From Acidobacteriota bacterium (GTDB taxonomy: Bacteria; Acidobacteriota; Thermoanaerobaculia; Multivoradales; UBA5704), in the NCBI GenBank assembly GCA_040005235.1, contig JBDTZG010000070.1, forward strand, positions 1-26,677: a stretch of DNA of 26,677 nucleotides, in the 5' to 3' direction. Positions within the stretch are counted from its first letter, which is position 1; the number at the start of each line of letters is the position of its first letter. A program made the position numbers and the translations under genes. Below, in pieces: positions 7,782 to 18,900 of this stretch. The notes beneath the pieces were generated by a model. That model was not told the DNA's origin and did no database searches. It worked only from the letters and a program-made list of their open reading frames with translations.

Positions 7782-8411
7782 TCAGCTACCGAATTTCCAA
7801 CCGACGACCACCGCGGCCTGGTAATCGGTAGCCTTGTAGGAGTAGTAGAAGCCCTCGATCCTGTCGGGTTCGATGACCTCTTTGCCGAAGTAGTGGCGCA
7901 CCCGCACCTCCGGCCGAACGAAAAAGTGCCGGTTGAGGTCCCATACGTACGCCGCCCCGGCATGCGCGGTGAGGACGAAGGTGCGATCCGGGTCGGTGAA
8001 GGTACTGCCGAAGAAGGTCACGATCAAATTGGCATTGACCTGCGCCAGCCCCGGCCCACCGAACACCATGAAATGGCCGCCCTTGGGAAACCACTGCCCC
8101 GAGAAGTCGAGGTTGTAGAGGTCGAGCTTGAGCAGCAGGCTGTCGAAGTCGATCCCGGGAACCGTCGGATCTTCTTTGAACGGGACCGTGTCGGTCAGGT
8201 GGATCTTGCTGAAGGCCCACTCGAAACCGAACTCCGGGCGAACCCGATAACCGCCCCGAATCTCGAACGTCGCCGTGCTCTGCTGCTCCTTGTCCTCCGG
8301 CACGTACGTCCCGGCGGCGAGGCCAAAATGCCCCTGCGCCAAAGCCGGCGCCGCGACGCCACCCAGAAGAACCCCCGCTAGGAGCACACCGAAAGGAACA
8401 ACCGAACGCAT
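7782..8411 (-). CDS. Small outer-membrane beta-barrel protein (OmpA/OmpW-like)
   Basis: GGGAGG RBS before ATG 8411. Signal peptide ending in APALA, alternating amphipathic strands, and C-terminal VVVGWKF. Confidence 0.8.
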   Translation of the reverse strand: MRSVVPFGVLLAGVLLGGVAAPALAQGHFGLAAGTYVPEDKEQQSTATFEIRGGYRVRPEFGFEWAFSKIHLTDTVPFKEDPTVPGIDFDSLLLKLDLYNLDFSGQWFPKGGHFMVFGGPGLAQVNANLIVTFFGSTFTDPDRTFVLTAHAGAAYVWDLNRHFFVRPEVRVRHYFGKEVIEPDRIEGFYYSYKATDYQAAVVVGWKFGS

Positions 8412-8749
8412 GAGGACCTCCCTGCCGTCGAAATCCCTGTTTGCCCAGACGTAGCTAATCCCCAACCATACCATCAGGAATTCACAGGGCTATCTGTCGC
8501 AAGCCTTCTCCGACCGTAAACCATTGATTCGATCGGTGGGCAGTCCGTCCGTTTCGGCGAAGAGGTGCACGAAGGGCCGATCGCAGAGCGTGTTCGACCG
8601 CTTGATCTCGCGGCTGAGGGGGAAGACATGGCGTACGCGCCTGGGCCTGAAATCTAACAGGATGGCAGGAAGCTGTAGGCAGGCAGGCGGGCTCGTGACG
8701 CGACTGTGCCTCGGCAGATTCGGAAAAACAACAAACTTTCTCTACTCGA

Positions 8750-9820
8750 TCACCGATCAACCTGTTCGTTCAGCTCGCGCTGTTCCGGCGGCGCCTCGGC
8801 GTCGATTCTATGGAGGGCCTCAAGGTCTGCGTCGGTCACTGGTATTCCCCGCTTCTGACGCTCTTCCGCCGCTTCGGCCTCCAGATCTCCCGGTGCCACG
8901 ATTCGCTCGGTCGAGGCGGCAGCAGTCTGGGAACGCAGCAGCGCGAGGAGACGCGACAGCCGACCCCGTACCTGTTCGACAGGCCCGAAGGCTCCAAGCT
9001 CGAACCCGACGAACAGATGGGAGGTCCGGCGCGGCTTGTCCCACGGAGGATCGAACAGGTGGGTGAGCTCGTGATCGAGCAGGTCGCCCGCCAAGACCGA
9101 GGTGACGACCTCGACCAGCAGGGCCAGGCACATCCCTTTGTGCCCGCCGAGCGGCTTGAGCGCGACCACCTGCGCGCTCCCGGCCTCCGCGGCGTCGCGT
9201 CCATCGGCGGTGACCGCCCATCCCGGCTCCAGAGGCAAGCCGGCCAGGCGGCGCTCGCGGATCTTCGAGAAGGCGATCTGGCTGGTCGCCATGTCGATGC
9301 AGAGGAGGTCGTCCTCGGCTTCGCCGCGCATCGCGAAAGAAAAAGGATTGGTGCCGAAAAATGGCACGATCCCCCCGTGCGGCGCCACCAGGGCGTCGCT
9401 GTTGGTGAATGCCAAACCGGCCAGGTTTCGGCGAGCCATTTCCACCGAATAGATCGCTGCCGAGCCGAAGTAGTTCGAGTTGTTGACCGCGACTGCGCCC
9501 AAGCCGTGCTCGCGGGCAAGCCGGACGACCTCGGCGGTAGCCGTCCGGCCGGCCACGATGCCGAGCGCCGCGCCGGCATCTAGAGTGCGTACGGTGCTCG
9601 CGGAGCCGTGCCAGACCATCTCGGGACGGGCCTTCGAGCGCCCGCCGTCCAGCTCCGCGAGCAGCGTCGGCGCCAGGCGGACACCGTGGGTGTCGGAGCC
9701 ACGAAGCGAGGTTTCGACCAGGCCGTCCGCCACCCAGGCGGCATGCTCGTTCGACAACCCGCGGCGGAGAATCGCCCGCTCCACCAGGCGCAGCAATCGA
9801 TCGGCCGCTATGCGTTTCAC
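8750..9820 (-). CDS. Ldh_2 family (type 2 malate/lactate/ureidoglycolate dehydrogenase-like) NAD(P)-dependent oxidoreductase
   Basis: LRGSDTHGV, NSNYFG, FGTNPFSF, IDMATS, LKPLGGHKG and APGD motifs. The GTG start at 9820 overlaps the upstream TGA (GTGA). Confidence 0.88.
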   Translation of the reverse strand: MKRIAADRLLRLVERAILRRGLSNEHAAWVADGLVETSLRGSDTHGVRLAPTLLAELDGGRSKARPEMVWHGSASTVRTLDAGAALGIVAGRTATAEVVRLAREHGLGAVAVNNSNYFGSAAIYSVEMARRNLAGLAFTNSDALVAPHGGIVPFFGTNPFSFAMRGEAEDDLLCIDMATSQIAFSKIRERRLAGLPLEPGWAVTADGRDAAEAGSAQVVALKPLGGHKGMCLALLVEVVTSVLAGDLLDHELTHLFDPPWDKPRRTSHLFVGFELGAFGPVEQVRGRLSRLLALLRSQTAAASTERIVAPGDLEAEAAEERQKRGIPVTDADLEALHRIDAEAPPEQRELNEQVDR

Positions 9821-11112
9821 GGGTCCTGGCGTTCCCGGACGAAGCGGGCGAAGGCCCGGACGCCGCGGTCGACCTGCTCCGGCGTCACGTAGCTGAACGA
9901 GAGGCGGACCTGCCGCTCGCGGCCGGGAGCGAGCGCGAAGAAGCGCATCGGGCAACAGATCACGCCGTGGGTGCGGGCGCAGAAGTCCAGCTCCGCCTCG
10001 CCGAAGTCGAACGACAGGTCCAGGGTGAGGAAATAACCCCCGGCCGGGCGGTTCCAGGTGACCCCCGTCCCGGCGAGCTCGCGATCGAGCGCGGCCAGCA
10101 TCGCATCGCGGTTCGCCCGGTAGTGAGGCAGCTTCCGGCCGACCAGGTCGCGCAGGCTGCCTCCTGCTTCGAGCAGCAGACCGCCGGCGACCGCCTGCAT
10201 CAACGGCGGCGTGTTGACCGTGGTGAGGCTCTTGACCTTGGCCAGCTCGCCCGCGAGCGGCCGAAGGCTTCCGTCCGGACCGACCACCTGTTGATCGGCG
10301 ACGAGATAACCGATGCGCAACCCTGGAAAGAGCGTCTTCGAAAAACTGCCGAGGTAGACCACGCCGGCAGCGGAATCAAGCGATTTGATCGTCGGCGCCG
10401 GAGCGGCGTCGTAGGCGAACATTCCGTAGGGATTGTCTTCGAACAGCAGCACGTCCTCTTCGCGCAACAGATCGAGAAGCTCGCGACGTACCGCCGTCGG
10501 CATCGAGGTTCCCATCGGGTTGTTAAAATCGGGGATGTCGTAGAGTGCCCGCGGCCGGCCCCCAGCCGCGCGGACCTTGGCGATCGCCGCCAGGACCGCC
10601 GCCAGTTCGAGGCCCTCGGGTCCTATCGCCACCGGCGCGACCTCGATCCCCAGGATCCGAGCCAGGCCGGTGATCCCAATGTAGGTCGGATCGCTCGCCA
10701 ACAGCACGTCGCGCCCGGGTTCGAAAAGCGTGAGCAGGAGCAGAGCCATCGCCTCCTGGCAGCCGCAGGTGACGACGATCGATTCGGGTTCGGCCCGGAT
10801 TCCCTCGTCGGCCGCGAGCTGCGCGGCAATCAACTCTTTGAGAATGCCGTTGGTGGCGCCGTACTGGCCGAGCTCGCGATAGACCGCGCGGGCATCGACC
10901 CCGCGCTGGTTTGCCCGCCACTCGACGAAACGCGGGATCGCGCCGAGGCTCCCCTCGACGTCGAACAACTCCTCGGCCGGACGGCCGGGCGCGAACGAGA
11001 CGGCCTGCGGATAACGCTGGACCACCTCGTTGAGGAAGTTCATCACGTCGAGGAGAGGATCCTCGAACACGCCGCCCAGCCGCAGACCGGAAACGCTCGC
11101 TGCAATGGCCAA
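9817..11112 (-). CDS. hpgT: PLP-dependent class I aminotransferase, HpgT/Pgat-like (hydroxyphenylglycine transaminase)
   Basis: DPLLDVMNFLNE...SFAPGRP, QYGATNG, PTYIGITG, FNNPMGTSM, EDNPYG, YLGSFSK and LAKVKSLTTVNT follow glycopeptide HpgT as I recall it. Start TTG 11112 is approximate. Confidence 0.8.
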   Translation of the reverse strand: MAIAASVSGLRLGGVFEDPLLDVMNFLNEVVQRYPQAVSFAPGRPAEELFDVEGSLGAIPRFVEWRANQRGVDARAVYRELGQYGATNGILKELIAAQLAADEGIRAEPESIVVTCGCQEAMALLLLTLFEPGRDVLLASDPTYIGITGLARILGIEVAPVAIGPEGLELAAVLAAIAKVRAAGGRPRALYDIPDFNNPMGTSMPTAVRRELLDLLREEDVLLFEDNPYGMFAYDAAPAPTIKSLDSAAGVVYLGSFSKTLFPGLRIGYLVADQQVVGPDGSLRPLAGELAKVKSLTTVNTPPLMQAVAGGLLLEAGGSLRDLVGRKLPHYRANRDAMLAALDRELAGTGVTWNRPAGGYFLTLDLSFDFGEAELDFCARTHGVICCPMRFFALAPGRERQVRLSFSYVTPEQVDRGVRAFARFVRERQDP

Positions 11113-11125
11113 GATCCGGCGGTCT

Positions 11126-11650
11126 CTAGAAGGAGTCCTTCGCTTCCAGCTGGGAGAACAACTCCTGGACGCTCTGGTCGGAGAAGTCTCCTTTGCCACT
11201 GCGATCGATGAATTCGATCATCAGCCCCGAACCGGCATCGCGATGAGTGAAGATCTGCTGCAAACCCGGGCTGCGGATGATCGTCGTGTCGAATTCGAGC
11301 CCGGATTCTTTGAGGCCCGAGGCGATTTCTTCGATGTTTTCGACCGCGATCGCGATGTGCTGAACCCCGGGACCGTAATGCTCGATGAAACGAGACACCT
11401 GGGATTGCGGCGAGGTACCCTGGATCAAGACGAACGTGAGCGGCCCGGCCTTCATCACCGCCGAGACCATCGCGGTCGCGGTCCCTTCGGTCCGGCGCCG
11501 CTCGGCAAGCTCGAAGCCCAAAGTCTTGGTGAAGAACTCGATCGAAGCTTCAAGGTCGGGCACCGCGATCGCGACGTGATCGATGCCCGTGGCGTGCCGA
11601 ACGAGAACGGAGGCGATACTTTCAGTCTGGGACCTGGATTCTTGAGTCAA
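11126..11650 (-). CDS. Single-domain VOC protein resembling the catalytic C-terminal half of HPPD / 4-hydroxymandelate synthase (about 174 aa)
   Basis: GAGGAGGG RBS before TTG 11650. IDH / GPGVQH / MIEFI metal triad, AMVSAV, SQVSRF, QQIF, and an HPPD-like C-terminal helix RSGKGDFSDQSVQELFSQLE. Confidence 0.8.
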   Translation of the reverse strand: MTQESRSQTESIASVLVRHATGIDHVAIAVPDLEASIEFFTKTLGFELAERRRTEGTATAMVSAVMKAGPLTFVLIQGTSPQSQVSRFIEHYGPGVQHIAIAVENIEEIASGLKESGLEFDTTIIRSPGLQQIFTHRDAGSGLMIEFIDRSGKGDFSDQSVQELFSQLEAKDSF

Positions 11651-13512
<1,862 letters not shown>

Positions 13513-13531
13513 CCTGGGGAGACGTCTGACT

Positions 13532-15967
13532 TTGACCGAGCTCGCGAGGGATCTCCGACATTCTGCCCGGCTGTTGGTGAAGAACCCGATCTTCACCACG
13601 ATTGCCGTCCTCTCGCTTGCGCTCGGCATCGGTGCGAATACGGCGGTTTTCACCCTGGCCAACACGCTCTTGCTCCGCCCCCTCCCGGTGCGGGATCCCG
13701 GTCGCCTGGTCCGTCTGTCCGCGACGGACAAAGAAGGGAACACGGGAGCCTTCGCCTATCCCGACTATGTCGATTACCGGAACCAGAACCATTCGTTTTC
13801 CGGGCTGCTCGCCCATTCCTCCGCGCGAGTGGGGGTAAATACGGGCCAAGGAGAACCGGAGATCGTCTTCGGCGAGGTGGTCTCGGAGAACTACTTCGAC
13901 GTTCTCGGAGCGACGACGGCCTTCGGCCGTACCTTTCTCCCCGACGAGGGAAGGGCTCCTGGAAAGAGCCCGGTGGTGGTCTTGAGCGACAGCTTCTGGC
14001 GCAGGCGCCTGGCCGGCTCCCCCGGAGCGGTCGGCAGCAGCGTGCGGATCAACGGCAATCCGTTCACCGTCATTGGGATCGCTCCTGCCGGCTTCCAGGG
14101 GACTCTCGAAGGAGGCGTCCTCCCCTCTTCCTTCTGGATCCCCAGCATGATGTACGCCCAGGTCGGTACCTCAGACATCACCCTTCGCAACTCCGTGGGA
14201 TTCGAGTTGGTAGGCAGGCTGAGGGCCGGCGTAACGGTCGAGACCGCCCAATCCGAAATGAGCGGGCTGGCGCGCAATTTGGAACAGGCCTACCCCGACG
14301 ACACCGAATTCCATTTCAAGAAGCGTCTCGTCCAGCTCGTGGCGCTCAGATCGGTCCTGCCCTCGATGCACGGGATCGTCGTGGCGCTCATGTCGTTCCT
14401 CATGGGGGTGGTGGGACTGGTGCTCCTGACCGCCTGTACCAACCTGGCCAACATGCTGCTGGTTCGGATGTCGACGCGCGCCCGAGAGCTGGCCACCCGG
14501 CTCGCCCTGGGGGCGCGCCGAGGGGCCTTGATCCGCCAACTGCTGGTCGAGAGCCTCCTGCTCGCCGTGATGGGCGGGGTCTTGGGACTTTTTCTCGCCT
14601 ATCTCACGGTGAGAGGCCTGACCCGGATTCACTTGCCGACGCCGGTCCCGATTCAGTTCGATCTCGCCATGGACTGGCGGGTGCTGGCGTTCTGCTCGTT
14701 CGTCTCGGTTCTCACCGTGGTGCTGTTCGGTCTCATCCCTGCGCTGCAAGCGACTCGACTGAGCCCGGCCACCGTGCTCAAGGAGAATACCGGCGGCGAG
14801 AGCCGGAGCGGCAACAAGCTGCGCAAGATCTTCGTCGTCGCACAGCTCTCGATCTCGATGCTGTTGCTCATCTTTTCCGGCTTGCTGCTGCGCAGCCTGA
14901 CGGGCGTGAACCATATCGACCCGGGCTTTCAAGTCGACAACGGCCTCGCCGTGTCACTCGACCTCGGGGTCAAGAAATACCAGGAGGACGACGGTCTTCG
15001 GTTTTTCGACGGGCTCTACGAGCAGGTCCGCGCTCTGCCGGGCGTGCGCGGCGCGAGCCTCGCAGGCCGCATACCTCTCACCTCCGGTAACAGCACGATC
15101 GATGTCCAACTCGCTGGCAGTACCGACTGGTCGGAGATCGACACCAACCTGGTCGACGCCGAGTACTTCAAGACGATGGCCATTGCGATGCTCCAGGGTC
15201 GTGAATTTTCGGTCCGAGATGATCGGCAGGCTCCCCGCGCCGTGGTGGTCAGCAAGGCGATGGCGGAGCGACTCTGGCCCGGCGCCCAGGCATTGGGCCA
15301 ACGCCTGTCGATCCGCGGCGACGAGGGCGCGGCCGAAGTGGTGGGAGTCGCCGCCGACGGCAACTACCGCACTCTAGAAGAGGCCCCAAGGCCGCACATC
15401 TATCGGGCGCTCCGGCAGGAGTACGACGGTGCGATGATCCTCCTGGTGCGCACCACGGCCGATCCGCAGCGGGTGATCCCGCAGATCCGGGAGGCGGTTC
15501 ACCGCCTGGACCAGGACCTGCCTCTCTATGGCGTGACCACCCTGCGGGAGCACGTGGATGCCTCGGTGCTGCCGGCGCGCATGGCGGCGATCCTGCTTGG
15601 AATTCTCGGTCTCTTGACCCTCGGTCTCGCGGGGATCGGGATCTACGGGGTGATGGCCTACTCCGTGGGCCAACGCACGCACGAGATCGGCATCCGGGTG
15701 AGCGTTGGAGCCCAGCAGGGCGACATCTTGAAGATGCTGCTCGTCCAAGGGGGGCGATTGGTGTTGATCGGCATCGGCATCGGCATCGTCCTGGCGCTCG
15801 CCCTGACCCGATTCGCGTCGAGCCTTCTCTACGGCGTGAGCTCGACCGACCCGTTGACGTTTTTGGGGATCGCGGCACTGCTCGCGATCATCTCCCTGTT
15901 CGCGGTCTTCCTACCGGCCCGCAGAGCGATGCGGCTCGATCCACAAACCGCATTGCGCCGGCAGTAG
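13532..15967 (+). CDS. Duplicated MacB/FtsX-type ABC permease (ADOP-like)
   Basis: DLRHSARLL.K.P.FT.IAVLSLALGIGANTAVF, then two MacB_PCD plus FtsX halves (CTNLANMLL...RELATRLALGA and QRTHEIGIRVSVGA), ending in PARRA..LDP..ALR. Confidence 0.92.
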   Translation: MTELARDLRHSARLLVKNPIFTTIAVLSLALGIGANTAVFTLANTLLLRPLPVRDPGRLVRLSATDKEGNTGAFAYPDYVDYRNQNHSFSGLLAHSSARVGVNTGQGEPEIVFGEVVSENYFDVLGATTAFGRTFLPDEGRAPGKSPVVVLSDSFWRRRLAGSPGAVGSSVRINGNPFTVIGIAPAGFQGTLEGGVLPSSFWIPSMMYAQVGTSDITLRNSVGFELVGRLRAGVTVETAQSEMSGLARNLEQAYPDDTEFHFKKRLVQLVALRSVLPSMHGIVVALMSFLMGVVGLVLLTACTNLANMLLVRMSTRARELATRLALGARRGALIRQLLVESLLLAVMGGVLGLFLAYLTVRGLTRIHLPTPVPIQFDLAMDWRVLAFCSFVSVLTVVLFGLIPALQATRLSPATVLKENTGGESRSGNKLRKIFVVAQLSISMLLLIFSGLLLRSLTGVNHIDPGFQVDNGLAVSLDLGVKKYQEDDGLRFFDGLYEQVRALPGVRGASLAGRIPLTSGNSTIDVQLAGSTDWSEIDTNLVDAEYFKTMAIAMLQGREFSVRDDRQAPRAVVVSKAMAERLWPGAQALGQRLSIRGDEGAAEVVGVAADGNYRTLEEAPRPHIYRALRQEYDGAMILLVRTTADPQRVIPQIREAVHRLDQDLPLYGVTTLREHVDASVLPARMAAILLGILGLLTLGLAGIGIYGVMAYSVGQRTHEIGIRVSVGAQQGDILKMLLVQGGRLVLIGIGIGIVLALALTRFASSLLYGVSSTDPLTFLGIAALLAIISLFAVFLPARRAMRLDPQTALRRQ

Positions 15968-15988
15968 CAGGCGGCATACACCGACCGC

Positions 15989-18900
15989 TCACGAGGAGCC
16001 GGGGACTTTGGCGGCCCTCGCCTTGAGCGTGCGGGCGAAGCCCTCCACCCGGGGGACTCGGATCGCGGAGTAGTGGTCTCCGGGAATACCGACGACTTCG
16101 AGCCGTTGCGCCAAACGCCCCCACCCGAGATCGGCTTTGCGCGGCCCGGCGCCGTCTTCGCAGCGAAAGAGCGTGACCGCCCCGCCGTATGAGGCCGGCC
16201 GGTACCGCTCCAGAGCGAGCCGGTTGGCCTTGAAGATCTCCAGGTGCTCCAAGACGTCCTCGACTTCAAACCCGGCGGGCAGAGCTCCCGCCCGACGCGC
16301 TTCCGCCAAGATCCGATGCAGCGCCTGATCTGGCGACAGAGCCAAAAGCTCCGCTGAGGCAAGATCCAGATCGCCGCCGAAAACCCCCATCAAATCGCGG
16401 CAGAACTCGAACCGGGCTCGCTGTTCGTCGCTCGGCCCCTCGCCCCTCCCGTCCACCTCGGTCGCCCCGGCCTTCCGGGCAACCGGTATTGCCGCATCCA
16501 CCAGCGCCAGGAAGTCGACCGTCTGTCCTCGCTGCGCGAGTCGACAGGCCATCTCGTAGGCGACCACTCCTCCCATCGACCAGCCCCCGAGACGATAGGG
16601 GCCGCTCGGCCAGATCGCCGTGATCTGTTCCAGGTAGGTGGCGGCCAGGCTCTCGATCGAGGGCGGCTCGTCCGCGGTCGTCTGAGGCATCGTCTGAGGC
16701 ATCGCCTGAAGCGCCTGAAAGGGCAGGTCCGATCCCAGATGCCGCGCCAATTCCAGATAGGAGAAGACCTGGCCCCCCACGGGATGGACGAAGATCAGCG
16801 GCGGCTCGGCCGGCGTTTCATCCCCAGGCCGAAAGCTTACCAAGGAGGAGGGGACCGGTCGCTCGGGCCGTCGGCGCAACCGTTCGGCGAGATGCTCGAT
16901 CGTCGGGTGCTCGAAGAGTGTCGAGAGAGGCAGCTCGAGACCGAGCCGACGGCGAATCCGCGCCATCAGGCCCACGGCGAGCAGGGAATGCCCCCCCAGG
17001 TCGAAGAAGCTGTCGGTCACCCCGATCGGCCGGACGCCGAGCAGCTCTTCCCAGATCAGCACCAGCGCCAGCTCCAGGGGCTCCCGGGGCGGCCGAGCCG
17101 AGGCCTTGCGGCTCGGCGCGTCGCCGGGAACCGGCAGGCGCTGTCGATCCACCTTCCCGCTCGCGGTCAGCGGCAAAGTTTCCAGGACCACCCAGGCGGC
17201 AGGAACCATGTAGGCCGGCAGGCGCTCGCGCAAAGCCTGGCGCAGCAGGTCGTCCGAGGCCTCGCCGACCACATAGGCGATCAGCCGCCGGTCGCCGGGT
17301 TCGTCCACGCGCACCACCACGACCGCCTGGCGGACTCCGGGCAGCCCGACCAGCACCGATTCGACCTCTCCCAGCTCGACGCGGAAGCCGCGAATCTTCA
17401 CCTGCCGATCCGCTCGGCCGGCGAAGACCAGCTCTCCCTCCGGCCGTAGGTACGCCAGGTCGCCGGTACGGTAGAGCCGGGCGCCGGGCTCCGACGAGAA
17501 CGGATCGGGGAGAAAACGCTCGGCGGTGAGCGCCGGGCGCCTCAGGTAGCCGAGCGCAACCCCCGCGCCGCCGATCCACAGTTCGCCTCGCACGCCAATG
17601 GGCACAGGCTCCAGGAGGTCGTCCAGCACGTGGGTCCGAGCTCCGGTGACCGGCCGCCCGATCGGCACTGGTCCGGCTACCGAAAGATGGGTCAGCTCAC
17701 TGGCGGAAGCGACCACCGTCGCCTCGGTGGGTCCATAGCTGTTGACCAGGCGCACCGAGGCGCCGGCGCGTCGACGCCAGACGGCGAGCGGATCGGCCAG
17801 GGCTTCCTCACCGCCGACGATCACCAAACGGAGCCCCGGCGGCACCTGCAGATCCTCGGCCTCCATGCCGGCGACCAGCTCATGCCAGAACGCCGTCGGC
17901 AGGTCGAGCACCGTGATGCCGAGCCGCTCGACCTCGCGGAGGAAGCGCGGGATCGAATCGATCATGTCGGCAGTCCGCAGCACCAGAGCGGCACCCGAGG
18001 TGAGCGTCATCCAGATCTCTTCGACACTGGTGTCGAAACCGATCGCGGCAAACTGAAGGACGCGATCGCGCGGGGAAAGCTGGTAGCCGGCCCGTGCGGC
18101 GCGGACGAACGCGGTGATCGCTCGCTGGGGCACGACGACGCCTTTGGGCTGGCCGCTCGAACCGGAGGTGTAAATGACATACGCCGCACCTTCCGGCTCG
18201 ATTCGCGAGCCAGCCCCGTCGGCGTCGCCGAGGCTCGATTGCGCACTCCCGCCCCCTGGCTCGACCTCGGTGAGCCAGGCGGGCAGGAGCGCACCTGAGT
18301 CACTCAGGATCTGGTCGAGCCGTTCCTTCGGGTAGGTCGAATCGAGCGGCAGATAGGCCGCCCCCGACTGCAGCACGGAAACCATGGCGACGATCAGCTC
18401 CGGCTCGCGCTCCGCCGCAAGGGCTACAAGATCTCCGGGGCCGACCCTCTCGTCACCCAGGTGCCGCGCCTGAGTGCTCGCCCGCTCGATCAGCCGGGCA
18501 TAGGTGAAGGACCGATCGCCGAATTCCAACGCGATCGCGTCGGGAGCTCTCTGCGCCTGCTCCAAAACATCTCGATAAAGGTCGCCGCCCTGTTGAGGAG
18601 CCCCGGTATCGTTCCATTCCCAGAGAATTTGGCCTCTCTCGGCCGCGCTCAAGAACGCCAATGAAAAGACCGGCGCATCGGCGGCGGCGACCGCCGCCCA
18701 GAGCAGGCGGTCCAGGTGCTCGATCAGGCGTTCGATCGTCGCGGGATCGAATAGATTGGTGACGTACTCGACGGTGCCGCCGAGGCTTCCGCCGCTCTCC
18801 CCGAGGCTGAGGGTGAGATCGAACTTCGCCGTCCGATCGACTCCGCCCATCGGCCGGAACCGCAGGCTCTCGACCTCAAGGCTCGCAGCCGGGGCGTTCT

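Noticed and set aside
8412-8749. 338-bp intergenic region with small ORFs, CCTG-N8-CAGG and a GGCAAAC word
   Set aside because: Probably a promoter region, but no ORF, riboswitch or sigma-54 consensus could be supported.
11126-11650. VOC protein as a methylmalonyl-CoA epimerase
   Set aside because: The QQIF motif, HPPD-like C-terminal helix and adjacency to hpgT favour an HPPD-like enzyme, though this is not fully excluded.
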